Positions 9,735 through 22,323 of a stretch of 64,000 bases of DNA are shown piece by piece. The notes beneath the pieces were generated by a model. That model ran no database searches. It saw nothing but the letters and a program-made list of their open reading frames with translations, and was not told the origin of the DNA. The stretch covers positions 33,464,660 to 33,528,659 of the forward strand of contig NC_068990.1 of NCBI RefSeq assembly GCF_001194135.2. The letters run 5' to 3'. Source of the stretch: Octopus bimaculoides. Taxonomy: Eukaryota. Within the stretch, counting starts at the first letter, position 1. Each line of letters begins with the position of its first letter. Both the position numbers and the translations under genes were made by a program.

Positions 9735-11068
9735 GTATACACACAAACATGCTGGTTTTTGATGGAGGATGAAAGGAAGGAGGAGGCAGTATAGAAGCTG
9801 CAGCTCTCCTCTATACTTCCAGAGAAACAGTAATTCATATTACGTGTATGTATATGTGTGTGTATGTAAGTATATGACATATGCTCGTGACTTAGTATAC
9901 ATGTGTGTGTATGTGTGTGTGCGTGCACACACGTGTGTGTCTTTGTGTGTGTATACATACATATATATCATCAAGTACCTTATTAATCAAATTATTACTT
10001 TGATGAAGGTCAAGTAGATGTCAACACACCAACAATTACATACACACATGCTCTCTCTCTTTCTCACACACATGCACCCGCATGCACCCACACTCACTTA
10101 CACCTGTTCATTTTATTAACTAAGCAATATGCATTTGTAGTATTCAGTCATAAAATTGAAACTGCATCTTCTGCTGATGGCATCTCATAGAATTATCCAT
10201 CCAAATCAATTTTGTCAAAAGTTCCTTAATTAGTTGTAATAACGTTGACTTGTAAAACTGTTTGAATAGCTGGATGTTAGCGCTAAGGCCTGCAGGGGGT
10301 CACAGGTATAGGCAATGTGTTTAGACTAATATACAACGTTACTTGCAAGATCAACGACTCATTAGAATGAACAATTGTCACTGATTTAGCAGCTTTAAAC
10401 ACCAAGCGTTCATTAACCATGCTATACTGACTTGTTATAAGCAAGAACAACTCCTTAAATATGCTGTGGCATCTGGGTATTGAACCATGAGATATCTAGA
10501 GTTACGTTATTCAAATGACTTGTCCATGCAAGTTTTCTCATTCTCATGTCCCTTACAAGTTGAAATATTTCAAATGACAAGTTAATAACCATCACTTGGG
10601 CAAGAGAACTTTGACCACAATATCATCAGTGATTTACAATTTGTATTCCTTATAAGTACCTGGCCAGGCTAAATCAAATCTACAGAGCATATTTTCATCA
10701 CGCTCTCTCTCTTCTTTTAATGCTGTTTACAAAAACTTATTTCATAAACAGCTTACTTAATGTTCAGATGTTCAATTATCAGGTCAGATCTTTAACTGAC
10801 CCACACTAGATGCTGTTCAATAATATTTGAATTACAATTGAGATATATAAGGTTCAATGTAGCAGATATTTACATCATAATGTTGAAAACAAGAGCTAGT
10901 CATCTCAAAGATATATACATAAATGACAAAAATTGGTCATCTCAGTCATATATTTATATACACATATACATATACATACATATATATATATATATACACA
11001 TACACACATATACATACATATATATATATACACACACACACATATACATACATATATATATATACACA

Positions 11069-11310
11069 CTAGAGGTAGTCGATAGCTTCCGCTATCTGGG
11101 CGACCAAGTTAGTAGTGGGGGTGGGTGCGATGAAAGTGTAGCTGCTAGAATAAGAATAGCCTGGGCAAAGTTTAGAGAGCTCTTACCCCTGCTGGCGACA
11201 AAGGGACTCTCACTCAGAGTAAAAGGCAGACTGTATGACGCATGCGTACGAACAACCATGCTACATGGCAGTGAAACATGGGCTGTAACTGCTGAGGACA
11301 TACGTAAGCT
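11069..11310 (+). mobile_element. RTE-clade LINE reverse-transcriptase fragment running into a gap
   Basis: LEVVDSFRYLGDQVSSGGGCDESVAARIRIAWAKFRELLPLL...LYDACVRTTMLHGSETWAV, typical of the RTE RT C-terminal region; open frame; 5' end joins TA/CA microsatellite. Confidence 0.9.
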
Positions 11311-12619
11311 NNNNNNNNNNNNNNNNNNNNNNNNNNNNNNNNNNNNNNNNNNNNNNNNNNNNNNNNNNNNNNNNNNNNNNNNNNNNNNNNNNNNNNNNNN
11401 NNNNNNNNNNNNNNNNNNNNNNNNNNNNNNNNNNNNNNNNNNNNNNNNNNNNNNNNNNNNNNNNNNNNNNNNNNNNNNNNNNNNNNNNNNNNNNNNNNNN
11501 NNNNNNNNNNNNNNNNNNNNNNNNNNNNNNNNNNNNNNNNNNNNNNNNNNNNNNNNNNNNNNNNNNNNNNNNNNNNNNNNNNNNNNNNNNNNNNNNNNNN
11601 NNNNNNNNNNNNNNNNNNNNNNNNNNNNNNNNNNNNNNNNNNNNNNNNNNNNNNNNNNNNNNNNNNNNNNNNNNNNNNNNNNNNNNNNNNNNNNNNNNNN
11701 NNNNNNNNNNNNNNNNNNNNNNNNNNNNNNNNNNNNNNNNNNNNNNNNNNNNNNNNNNNNNNNNNNNNNNNNNNNNNNNNNNNNNNNNNNNNNNNNNNNN
11801 NNNNNNNNNNNNNNNNNNNNNNNNNNNNNNNNNNNNNNNNNNNNNNNNNNNNNNNNNNNNNNNNNNNNNNNNNNNNNNNNNNNNNNNNNNNNNNNNNNNN
11901 NNNNNNNNNNNNNNNNNNNNNNNNNNNNNNNNNNNNNNNNNNNNNNNNNNNNNNNNNNNNNNNNNNNNNNNNNNNNNNNNNNNNNNNNNNNNNNNNNNNN
12001 NNNNNNNNNNNNNNNNNNNNNNNNNNNNNNNNNNNNNNNNNNNNNNNNNNNNNNNNNNNNNNNNNNNNNNNNNNNNNNNNNNNNNNNNNNNNNNNNNNNN
12101 NNNCATATATATATATATATACACATACACACATATACATACATATATATATATACACACACACACATATATATATATACATATACATACATACACACAT
12201 ACACACACATACATACATACACACACATACATACATACATACATACACACACATACGTACATACATACATACATACATACATACGTACATACATATGTAT
12301 GGGACTAGGATCTGAAGAAATGCTGTAAAGCTAAGCATCTTATGGATGTGAAACCCAGGGTACATATATACATACATATTTGCATAAATATATACATTGA
12401 TGCATGCACACACACACACACACACATATACACACATATACATACATATGTACCATAATAATGTTATGATTAAATATAAAAAAATGCATTTCGATCTTTG
12501 TATATATGTTAGCAATGTACAGTATATTGTATTTAGTAGAAACATTGCATGAAGTTGATGATTTGTCATATAAGAGCTTTACATTGAAAAAGGGCTCTTC
12601 AGAGGTCCTTAATGGGTTC

Positions 12620-12625
12620 TTTATT
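12620..12625 (-). promoter_or_regulatory. Candidate polyadenylation signal AATAAA of the minus-strand gene
   Basis: About 200 nt downstream of the predicted stop at 12826-12828. Confidence 0.25.
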
Positions 12626-12825
12626 AAAGAAGAAAGCCCAGTCTGAAATTCGAGTCTTGACATACCTATCATTTCCTTGCTTTATACCCTTGTGCAACGC
12701 ACTTCATAATTCTCAGTTTATACAAATGGTTATTAGAGTGTTACATAACCCAGTATTAGATACATAAATACCCAATACCATGGAAAGAGAGATGGATTCA
12801 ATAACATTGTCAAAATATTGTGACG

Positions 12826-12902
12826 TCATATCTCTTTTTCAGAAATATCACATCTGATATGCTGCAGATTATCAATTTGAGTGACACCTCTACTCAACAT
12901 AC
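12826..12902 (-). CDS. Putative terminal coding exon of unidentified gene ((G)MLSRGVTQIDNLQHIRCDISEKEI*)
   Basis: Pyrimidine-rich acceptor ...TTTTACTCTTATATACAACTTCTAG; longest frame is phase 1, matching the upstream exon. Confidence 0.4.
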
Positions 12903-14054
12903 CTAGAAGTTGTATATAAGAGTAAAACAAGTCAAATCATTGATGAACACATCCTGAAAGTTAGTAAGACCAGTTGCATCATTGGTGAACACATCCCAAA
13001 AATATATATGGCAGTAACAGTCACTCTGTCTATCCAATATTTAGTTCATTAGCATAAGTGTGGCTATTTTGTCCAGTGTAGGATTTGATCTCAGTAATAC
13101 AGCATCACTTCAAGTTGACATTTATGCATTGCTCCTGCTATTTATCTTACAAATTCCACAGACAATTAAGTAACCAATTGTAAAATGGTCACAGATATGG
13201 TACACTGCCAATACAACAGATGAAGTAATCTGACTAAAAGTTCAGCATTTCATTACCTAAACCAGCCAGAGATCTTGACCTTAAAATGGTTGCAATTATT
13301 TGGAGGGGAATCAGTTTCGAAGTAAAATAACCTTTGGCATCTCATCAACAATGTTCTTAAAAGCTTAAATAAAACTATGCTTGCTGCCTACCTACCTATC
13401 TACCCATTTGCACACTTACATACCTAACGTCATCAACATAGTTTTAATGTCCACAATTTCATACTTGCATTGGTCAGTCAGAACTCATTGAGGTAGGTTT
13501 TCCACAGTTTGATGCCATTTCTGTCACCAACGCTTACCTGTGTCCAAGCAGGAGTATATTTCCCCACCACCAGATATATTTTTCATGAAAGACTGGAGAC
13601 AAACATATGATAGTGATGCTCACTTATGACTTACAACCACCATGTGAACTTAAACACTCACATAAATATACACAACATTATTCTTTCAGTTTCTGCCTAC
13701 CAAATCTACTCAGAAGGCTTTGGTTGGCCCAGAACTGTAGTAGAAGACACATGCCCAAAATACCATGGGATGAGAAGCAAGCTGTTTAACCATACAGCCA
13801 CTTATATATCCATATATGTGTGTAGAGGCGCAGTGGAATCACAGGAAGGTTAAGGGGGAAAGTAGTGTTTGTGTGTGGAAGATGTACAGGAGCCATAAAG
13901 TCTACAGATACATGGAAAATGGATTTTCTCAAATGCCCTTGAGGCTCTGTTGAGGTAGTATGTGATTTCTGTTACATAGGTGACTGAATTAACAGTAAAA
14001 GAAGAGGTATGGCAAGTGGAATTGTTAGAATAAGAATTGGATGAAGACAATTGC

Positions 14055-14255
14055 TAGACAACTGATGCTGGCTGTCAAGCAATGGTGTGTTTACACCCCT
14101 GTAACCTAGCAGTTTGGCCAAATAGACCGATAGAATAATTACTAGGATTACAAAGAATAAGTCCTGAGGTCGATTTGTTTGACTAAAGGCAGTACTCCAG
14201 CATGGCTGCAGTCAAATGACTGAAACAAGTAAAAGAATAAAAGAAAAGAATAAAA

Positions 14256-14260
<5 letters not shown>
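14055..14260 (+). mobile_element. SINE family B 3' half
   Basis: GACCGATAGAATAATTACTAGG...CAGTCAAATGACTGAAACAAGTAAAAGAA. Confidence 0.8.
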
Positions 14261-14304
<44 letters not shown>

Positions 14305-14758
14305 CATACATACATGTGAGTGTGTTTGTGAGTGAAATTTAAATGTCTAATGTGACAATTAGAATGAGGAAAATCTGATCTCCCTTTCTCTGTTTACAAT
14401 GCTCAGCAATAGTTTGCAGATATTCTATCTCTCAAGTTGGTACATTTGTACCAAAATCTGGTGCCTGACATGGAAATACAAACATAAGGTTTTAAACGGA
14501 TTCACAAGAAGCCTTTCATTGTTTGTTGTAACAGAAAAAAAAAAACAGAAAAAAAAGCTTCAGTAACCAAGTTAATGATATTTTCCCCACGTATACAAGT
14601 CTGATAGCAACTTTTGTACATTATAGTATTTATATTGATACAGAATCACAATGCAGGAGATGATGATGATGATGAATGATGATGATGATGAATGATGATG
14701 ATGAATACTTCTCATCTGACCACAGATCTTTTCATGTGTCTTTGTATAGATATAGTAC

Positions 14759-14853
14759 CTGTTGTGTTCTGTCTCCAATAAACTGACATAATTTTCATTG
14801 ATGCCAACTCATTTAAATTTAGTGTAATTCTATAATGAGAAGCTGTCACACAC
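14759..14853 (-). CDS. Putative internal exon (CVTASHYRITLNLNELASMKIMSVYWRQNTT)
   Basis: Acceptor GTTTTTCTCAG, donor AG/GTACTA; only one frame open (phase 2 to 1). Confidence 0.55.
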
Positions 14854-15557
14854 CTGAGAAAAACTATTGAAAATATAGTTGGATTGTGAACATTCATCTT
14901 TCTTTTAACATAGCCGTTCATTCTTCCGTGTTTCTGCTGGTTGTCATGTTATAATCATGTTATGGAAGAAATCTCAACTGTACACAAGTTCAGGAAACAT
15001 TGGTGAATCCCTAAGTGATCCACAACGCCATTACCTGACTAATGATAATAATGGCTTTGATGTGCTTTCACATTTCTATATCTGGACCTTCTTTCTGTGT
15101 GTGTGTATGTGTGTGTGTGTGTGTGTGTGGTGTGTGTGAGTGTGTGTGGATATTACAATGAAGGGGTCAGCTAGGAACCTATTCCATTTGTGATTTATTG
15201 GAGGTTAGCCGGTAACTGACATAAATTCTCGGCTAAATCTCTCTGAAAATAGAAATGTCACTTGTTATGTTCAGGTGATTTATTTTGGTTGAAATTCCTT
15301 ATCATGTGTACCTTCTGAAGCAGCAGTAAAAGATAATGTAAGGGAGCAAACCAATAAGAAAAGTGTCAAAGATAGCTGAAATAACATCTATTTATATTCC
15401 TCTATTTTCAAGGTAATAACAAACACAGTACTATCATATTCATTTGAATCCTTGATAAGATTTAATATATTCACAGAAATAAAACTTTATCATCTTCTTA
15501 GAATTACAGACAAGGTTATCCTTATTGTTTATTCTAAGACTGCTTCTTAATACTCAC

Positions 15558-15607
15558 AATAGATTCTGGAGTGACTCTCTTGAAGATTTATCCTTATGGA
15601 AAAGAAT
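15558..15607 (-). CDS. Putative internal exon (ILFHKDKSSRESLQNL)
   Basis: Acceptor GCTTCCAATAG, donor GTGAGT; phase 0 to 2 fits both neighbours. Confidence 0.45.
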
Positions 15608-16329
15608 CTATTGGAAGCATTTATTTTATGTATATCTTAATTATTAGGGTCAAGTGTGAATTTAATTACCCACTGATTCATGACCCTTTATTGCTTAAAA
15701 CCAATTTTACCTCCAAGCTACTTCCTGACATTCCAAACTCATTGTACTATGTATTACATACCACCTCACTCACCGTTCTTCCTTGAATCATTTTCTTCGG
15801 AAAGTTCTTCATATGTACAGCCTCACCAATTAAGGTCAGCTCCTGTTGACACCCTATAATTTAGGGGTTTAGCAATGAATTAGGTCTGATTATGGCTATT
15901 TCCTTCGCTAATGGAATCATTACACTCAAGAGTTATTCTCCAGTTAAGTTTACTTCTATATTAAACAGACTCTACAATTTCCCTCCATTCATCTTATTAA
16001 TACCAAGATTCCTAATCACTTTATAAACATCTAACTTTCAGTATTACGCATTGAACATTACTAAACTCACAGAATCTTCCTTGTCTTCTTTTATTTAAAG
16101 AGAGGACCAAAGGTCAATGGATATTACATATCTGAAACTGACTAATGATACTATGGAGTAGATATATAAACAGGGCAAATTTACCTATTTCTCCATCGGC
16201 TGAAAAATGATGAACTGCCTTAATTGAATTTCAAACCTTATTGAACTTGTCCTCCACAGCAAAAGTTCTAAGGCCGCATACCCTGGTGAAGAGGATTGAC
16301 CTACAAGAGTCCTGTGCTGGTGCTACAGG

Positions 16330-16580
16330 AAAGCACATAAAAAGCAATCATGCTGGTGCCATGTACGTGTGCTTTTGCCAGTGCCATGTTAAAAGTACCC
16401 AACACACGCTGTAAGGTGGATGGTGTTAGGGAGGGCATCCAGCCGTAGAAACTTAGTCAGATCTGACTTGAGCTTGGTGCAACTCTCTGATTTGCCAGCT
16501 CTGGTTAAACCGTCCAACCCATGCCAGCATGGAAAATGGACATTAAAGGATGATGATGATGATGATAATGATGATGATGA
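16330..16580 (+). mobile_element. Family C-like RTE-tailed fragment
   Basis: GGTGTTAGGGAGGGCATCCAGCCGTAGAAAC...CCAACCCATGCCAGCATGGAAAATGGACATTAAAG(GAT)n. Confidence 0.75.
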
Positions 16581-16591
16581 TTGAGTTCTCT

Positions 16592-17084
16592 CAGAGGTGT
16601 CTATGTTAATTTTATCAATCCTAGACAAGTAAGTAACCAATCTGTTTATATGCTAAAAAACCTGGTCACTACAGAGAACTGGAGCTAGTACTTTGTTTAC
16701 CATAAACGTTCAACATTTTACAAGTATCAGTGGCCTGTCAATGGGAATCTAGTCCACATGTTACCAAGGTATGAAATAACTTTTCTGGGCCTATATAGTA
16801 GAAATACAAACACAGTAAATCTAATTACTTCCCCGTGGAGTGAAAAAATATGACGAACAGCATCCGTCGATTTTCCAAACTTACTGGGTTCTTATCAGAG
16901 GTGTCTACATTGTATTTCCAGTCCCAGAGAAAGAAGCAGTCAATCTGCTTACACACTCAACAAATTCAGTTGGTACATAGTACTGGAGCTACAAACATGT
17001 GTACCATAAGTGTTTAGCATTTTATTTAATATGAGGGGCACGACTAAGGGGTTCTCAGACCATACGGTATCAAGGTATGAAATA
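16592..17084. repeat. Old tandem duplication of a ~188-bp unit (16592-16778 and 16896-17084)
   Basis: Collinear anchors CAGAGGTGTCTA, CAATCTG, ACTGGAGCTA, TACCATAA, CAAGGTATGAAATA. Confidence 0.75.
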
Positions 17085-18126
17085 GCATTCACCTACACAT
17101 TTTTTATTTACCTTTTATTTGTTTAGTTCCTGTGTTATGAGGGGAAGGCATTGCTCATGGTATTCACAGACAGCCTGAGACCAGTGAGATTGATGCCATT
17201 AACCATCTGTTTAGAAGCAGCAGTCAAATCTCTCTTGAATCACACCTTACCATCATAAAAAAAGCAAGAAACTCATTGGTTAATGAATTAATAGGTTCAT
17301 GTGAGGGATATGCATGTGTGTGTGTGTGTGTGTGTGTTGAAGGAGAGAAGGAGAGAGAAAGGGAGATAGAAAGGGAGAGAGAAAGGGAGACAGAGAGAGA
17401 GATACTGAAGGGTTAAAGAAGTAATGAGAGATGTAAAGAAAATGTGTAAGTAGGCCAGGAACTGAGTACTGACAAGTTTTCCAAAGACCAGCTTTGAAAG
17501 AAAACATGAAAACAAACTAAGTGGTGTTCCTTCTTCTGTGGCCAAACTGAAGTATAATTTCAGTCATGAGAAAATTTTTGAATTAACAACCGGTAAATAA
17601 GACATACGAGTCAAACTTTGCAAAGTACTTCTGATCACTTGGTATAAAACTAAATTTTCTAGTTCTGACAGAAGCATTGTGACTGAATGCTTAAGTTGAT
17701 GGGCTCAAAGCTGTTTGTTGTGTCTCTAGGCAAAACACATTACTTCCTTTAGTTTATCTCTATAAACAACAAACAACTACCAATGTTTTATCACGGTTGA
17801 ATGAATGAAATTTGGAGAGGCATCTGGTTTTGAAATGCATCTACAAGCAATTGATGTAAATAACAGAATTTTCAGAACAATCAAAATCCTGAAAGCAAGG
17901 AAAATGGATATAAAAAGTCTGCTATAAAAACAAATAAGCATACTAAACAATAATAAATAAAGAAACGGCAGAAATTTATCCAACTGATCTTGTTTTGTTC
18001 AACAGGTATCTAACAATAGAGAAACATTTCTATTTTATTGTTACAAACCACATTTAACACATTTATTTCTAAATGAACAATATTGGGTGTGAACAGTGGG
18101 CCCACACAAAACAACTTCTCATATAA

Positions 18127-18176
<50 letters not shown>

Positions 18177-18396
18177 CAAGGGGGTGCTGAAAAGTTCCTG
18201 GTATTAAGGGTATTGTGAAAGGCCTGGTTGGAAGCCCAACCTTCCAAATTCTTTTACAGGGCTTAGAAAAATTGAAGGAATGCTGTAATACATGTGTGAA
18301 TCTGAGAGGGGAATATGTTAAATAAAATCATAATTAACTGATACTCCTGTATTTTCTTTTACCCAACAAAATCAGGAACTTTTCAGCACCTCCTTA
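18177..18396 (+). mobile_element. Mariner-derived MITE
   Basis: TIRs CAAGGGGGTGCTGAAAAGTTCCTGG / TCAGGAACTTTTCAGCACCTCCTTA, TA flanks; interior resembles a mariner transposase C-terminus (..CVNLRGEYV). Confidence 0.85.
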
Positions 18397-18404
18397 TATA
18401 TCAT

Positions 18405-18548
18405 CATCATCATCATTTAACGTCCACCTTCCATGCTGGCATAGGTGGGACGGTTTGACAGGAGCCGGCCAGGCAGAAGTCTGCACTAGACTTCTGTGAC
18501 TGTTTTGGCAGGATTTTTACAACTGGATGCCTTTCCTAACACCAACCA
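18405..18548 (-). mobile_element. Family C 3' tail fragment
   Basis: (CAT)nTTAACGTCCACCTTCCATGCTGGCAT...GGATGCCTTTCCTAACACCAACCACT. Confidence 0.75.
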
Positions 18549-18614
18549 CTCATGTATGTATGTATGTATGTATGTATATATGTGAATGTGTATGTGTGTC
18601 TGTGTGTATATATA

Positions 18615-19880
18615 CAGGGTGCATAAGGTATTTGAAAACATACATTTTTGGGGTCATTGCTGCATTTTTGCTAACTCTGTATAATCTGTGTTTCAGAAAA
18701 AAATAATGGCAGACCCTCAGCTTACTCAAGCAAAAAAAGAGGCATACTGTTATTGTGATTATAAAGGCTGAGCATAGTGATTTAGAAATATCTCGATTTT
18801 TAAAAGTTGCCAGATCTTTCATCTACAAAGTTTGTACAGAGCTAGAGACTGAAGATGGAAATGTATCACCAGTATCAAAGCATAAAAAGCATTCTAAATG
18901 CTCTGAAATCATCAGAACACCTGAATTTATCCAGCAAGTTCAACAGACCATTGATTACAATAACAGAAAGTCCATGAGGTCAATTGCAAAAGATCTCTAT
19001 ATGTCAGAAGGAACATCAGAAATGTTGTCCACAAAGACATCAGATATAAGTCTTATATGATGAGGGAATGTCAATTTGTCAGAAAAAGCAAAAGAAAATC
19101 ACTACATCAGATCTAAAAGGCTCTTAAACAAATTGAAAAATCCATTAGAAGAAGATTTGATTTGATTTTTCTCAAATGAGAAAAACTTCGACAAAGATCA
19201 AAAAGTTAACAGAAGAAATGACAGATGGTTATGTGCAAACCCTTCTGAAGTTCCAAGTGTTATGCATACAAAATTTCCTGCAACTGTCATGGTTTTAGGG
19301 GTTGTGAGTAATGAAAGACATGTCATGCCTCCTTACTTCTTTGCACAAGGCCCTAGTCATAACTCTGCCACCTAGATTGAGGTCCTGGAAATAATTGTTA
19401 AGCTCTGGATAGACAGTGTATGCAATGGAAGGCCATATGTGCTTCAGTAAGACTCTGCACTATCACACATGGCTCTAGTAACACAGAAATGAATGGCTGA
19501 AAATTTTCATGATCACATAACCCCTAACATTTGGCCTCCTAATTCCCCAGTTCTCAATCCATTGGACTATTACATGTAGAGTGTTGTTGAGAGAAAGGTT
19601 AATGAACATGCTCATAACACCAAAGATTCTTTGAAAGCTGCCATAGTCAAAGTAATGTTCAAAATGAACCAGAACCACTTGATTCAAGCATGTAGAGGAT
19701 TTAGATCTCATATAGAAGCAGTTGTTGAAGCTGAAGGTGGCTTTATTAAATAACATTATAGAAAAGAAGGTTTATTTTTATCCTCACAATATTTTTTTAT
19801 AAATAAATTTATTATCTGTTATTATATAACTATTTTTTTTTATAAACATAAATCTATCCTCAAATATCTTATCCACCCTA
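18615..19880 (+). mobile_element. Full-length Tc1/mariner DD37D (maT) transposon, inactive
   Basis: TIRs CAGGGTGCATAAGGTATTTGA / TCAAATATCTTATCCACCCTA; TA at left flank; 1266 bp. Confidence 0.93.
18706..19753 (+). pseudogene. DD37D transposase pseudogene
   Basis: ATG at 18706; HTH-like N-terminus; FFSNEKNF (first D mutated), VMVLGVVSN, DSA...NSPVLNPLDY with D37D spacing; several stops and frameshifts. Confidence 0.9.
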
Positions 19881-19889
19881 TGTGTGTAT

Positions 19890-20102
19890 ATATGGTGGTG
19901 GTTGTCTACTCCTTACACAGAGTTTGACCACTTCGAGTACCTACACCTTAGCCCTTTCATGGCATCTGATGTGGCTTTTTAAACCAGACAATGTTTTGAA
20001 AAAACACCCACACAGATTGCACCTCTGATTGGTACTACCAATACCTGCAGGTAAATTCTGCTCATTGTGGATCCTAACATGTCTTTTAAGACCCCCATTG
20101 GA
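19890..20102 (-). mobile_element. 3' end of a LINE with C-terminal C2H2 zinc-finger-like motif (5'-truncated)
   Basis: GGLKRHVRIH...RCNLCGCFFKTLSGLKSHIRCHERAKV*, then a ~50-nt tail ending (ACC)n and TA repeats; 5' end joins (TA)n with no splice acceptor. Confidence 0.55.
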
Positions 20103-20161
20103 TATATATATATAAATATATATATCAATGTACCCCCCCCCCCCACACACACACACATACA

Positions 20162-20373
20162 TGAGCGGGGCGGTTGAAAATTTCCTGTTTCTAAAGGTAT
20201 CATGAAATGCTTGGTTAGAGGCTCAAACTTCTGAGTTCCTTTGTAGACTTTAGAAAAGGAGTGGTGCAATAAGTGTGTGAATCTGAGAGAGGAATATGAT
20301 GGATAAAATCATAACTAACCGTTTCTCCAGTATTTTCTTTTACCCAAAGCCAGGAACTTTTCAGCACCACCTC

Positions 20374-20374
<1 letters not shown>
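20162..20374 (+). mobile_element. Mariner-derived MITE, second copy
   Basis: Collinear with 18177-18396; right TIR CCAGGAACTTTTCAGCACCACCTCG. Confidence 0.8.
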
Positions 20375-20405
<31 letters not shown>

Positions 20406-20629
20406 TATAAACACATACATATATGCATACACACACACATGCACACACCCACACAGAGTAAGCTGTGTAGTAGATCTTATTTGTCAAATTTCACTACTTT
20501 TGCCAACTTCAATGATGCATGTTTCTCATAAACTATCACAATTCAAAGGAATGAAAGAGTCCATTATAAAGGTTTCTCTGTAAACAGTAGTTTTATGTTA
20601 CAACTCTTCCTGTTATTTCTTCATCATAC

Positions 20630-20667
20630 CTTATTCTTAAGAGAAGTGCTCTGCCAGAACAGTTTGC
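20630..20667 (-). CDS. Putative 38-nt internal exon ((G)KLFWQSTSLKNK)
   Basis: Strong acceptor TTATTGTCTGTTGTCTTTAG and donor AAG/GTATGA. Confidence 0.5.
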
Positions 20668-21164
20668 CTAAAGACAACAGACAATAAAACTACATGTTTG
20701 CTAGTATGCTCTGCCAATGCTCATGTTATATTACCGATGTACATGAGTGAATATTTCATGTTAAAAAGTTTTAAATACTTGGCAGCTCACAGTCAACAGG
20801 CAAAACAAATATTTCGGTAACTTTGTTTTATTGTCAGGCCTCATGTAATGTCCTCCAGCAGGGACACTATCTTGTCTCTGTTCATTGATCGTGGCATGCT
20901 CATACAATATTTCTGTTAAGATTTAGTCACAGTAGTTTACTTCCTGAGTTCGAATCCTTTCAAAATCAATTGAATAACACTGTGTAGTAGTGGTGACCAT
21001 ATACTCAAGCAGTTCCACACCTCTCTCATTCTCTCCAAATGAAACATTCTGGTGAGATTGGAAAGCATCATTGCTGACATTGGAATTGGTTACACAACTG
21101 TTACACATGTCAGTGTAACTATCATAGGTAACCAATACATATGTAATTTTGGTAGTTAGGAGAG

Positions 21165-21575
21165 GAGAAGGCTCGTCAAGCCAAGTGAAATCATAGTCAT
21201 GACTAATGCCAGTGTTGAGTAACAGGCATCTGTGTTGGTGGCACATAGAAGTATTCTTCAAACCTTGGGCTTCACAGAGGCAATGATGAGTGACCAGGAC
21301 CCTTGGTGATATCCCCTGCTTGAGAAGACTCATCAGGGCAAGTGAAATCCTAATTGTGGTTGATGTCATGTAACTTGGCACCCATGCTGGTGGCATGTAA
21401 AAGGCGCCCATTAAACTGTTGGAAGGATTGGCATTAGGAAGAGCATCCAGCCGTAGAAACCATGCTAAATCAGATTGGAACCTGGTGCAGCCCTGCAGCT
21501 TACCAGTTTCATTCAACCCATCTAACCCATGCCAGAAAGAAAAGAAGAAGCTAAATGATGATGATGGTGATGATG
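21165..21575 (+). mobile_element. Family C variant with longer internal units
   Basis: CAAGTGAAATC repeated about 140 bp apart; CTGGTGGCA motif; RTE-like tail with (GAT)n. Confidence 0.65.
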
Positions 21576-21611
21576 TAACAAATGTGATGTCAATATTACA
21601 AACTCAATTAT

Positions 21612-21800
21612 GCTGGGCAAAATGCTTACTGGCATTTCATCCGTCTTTATGTTCTGAGTTCAAATTCTGCTGAGGCCGACTTTGACTTTCATCCTTTTTG
21701 GGGGTCTATAAATTAAGTACCAGTTGATTGCCGAGGCTGCTGTAATTGACTTGCCCTTTCCCTTGAAATTGCTGGCCTTACACCAAAATGTGAAATAATC
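21612..21800 (+). mobile_element. SINE family A
   Basis: GTTCTGAGTTCAAATTCTGCTGAGGCCGACTTTGACTTTCATCC. Confidence 0.75.
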
Positions 21801-21802
21801 TC

Positions 21803-22087
21803 TTTTACTCTTTTACTTGTTTCAGTCATTTGACTGTGGCCATGCTGGAGCACCGCCTTTAGTCGAGCAAATCGACCCCAGGACTTACTCTTTGTAAGCG
21901 TAGTACTTATTCTATCGGTCTTTTTTGCTGAAGCGTTAAGTTACAGCGGCGTATACACACCACCANNNNNNNNNNNNNNNNNNNNNNNNNNNNNNNNNNN
22001 NNNNNNNNNNNNNNNNNNNNNNNNNNNNNNNNNNNNNNNNNNNNNNNNNNNNNNNNNNNNNNNNNNNNNNNNNNNNNNNNNNNNNNN

Positions 22088-22124
<37 letters not shown>

Positions 22125-22300
22125 TACATATATACATATATACGACAGGCTTCTTTCAGCTTCCGTCTACCAAATCCACTCACAAGGCTTTGGTTGGCCC
22201 GAGGCTAAAGTAGGAGACACTTGGCCAAGGTGCCACACAGTGGGAATGAACATGGAACCATGTGGCTGGTAAGTGAGTTACTTACCACACAGCCACTCCT
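21803..22300 (-). mobile_element. SINE family B spanning a gap
   Basis: Both halves are collinear with 3835-4275. Confidence 0.85.
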
Positions 22301-22323
22301 TTGCCTATATTACAAACCCATTT

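Noticed and set aside
10838-12569. Long ORFs of 337-496 aa
   Set aside because: Made of N-gap and TA/CA microsatellite; only 11069-11310 (RTE fragment) is meaningful
15034-15074. Minus-strand exon candidate KCESTSKPLLSLVR with good donor
   Set aside because: Acceptor region is purine-rich, and its phase breaks the 15558 to 14853 join
16069-16132. AG...GTGAGT-bounded segment on the minus strand
   Set aside because: Stop codons in all three frames
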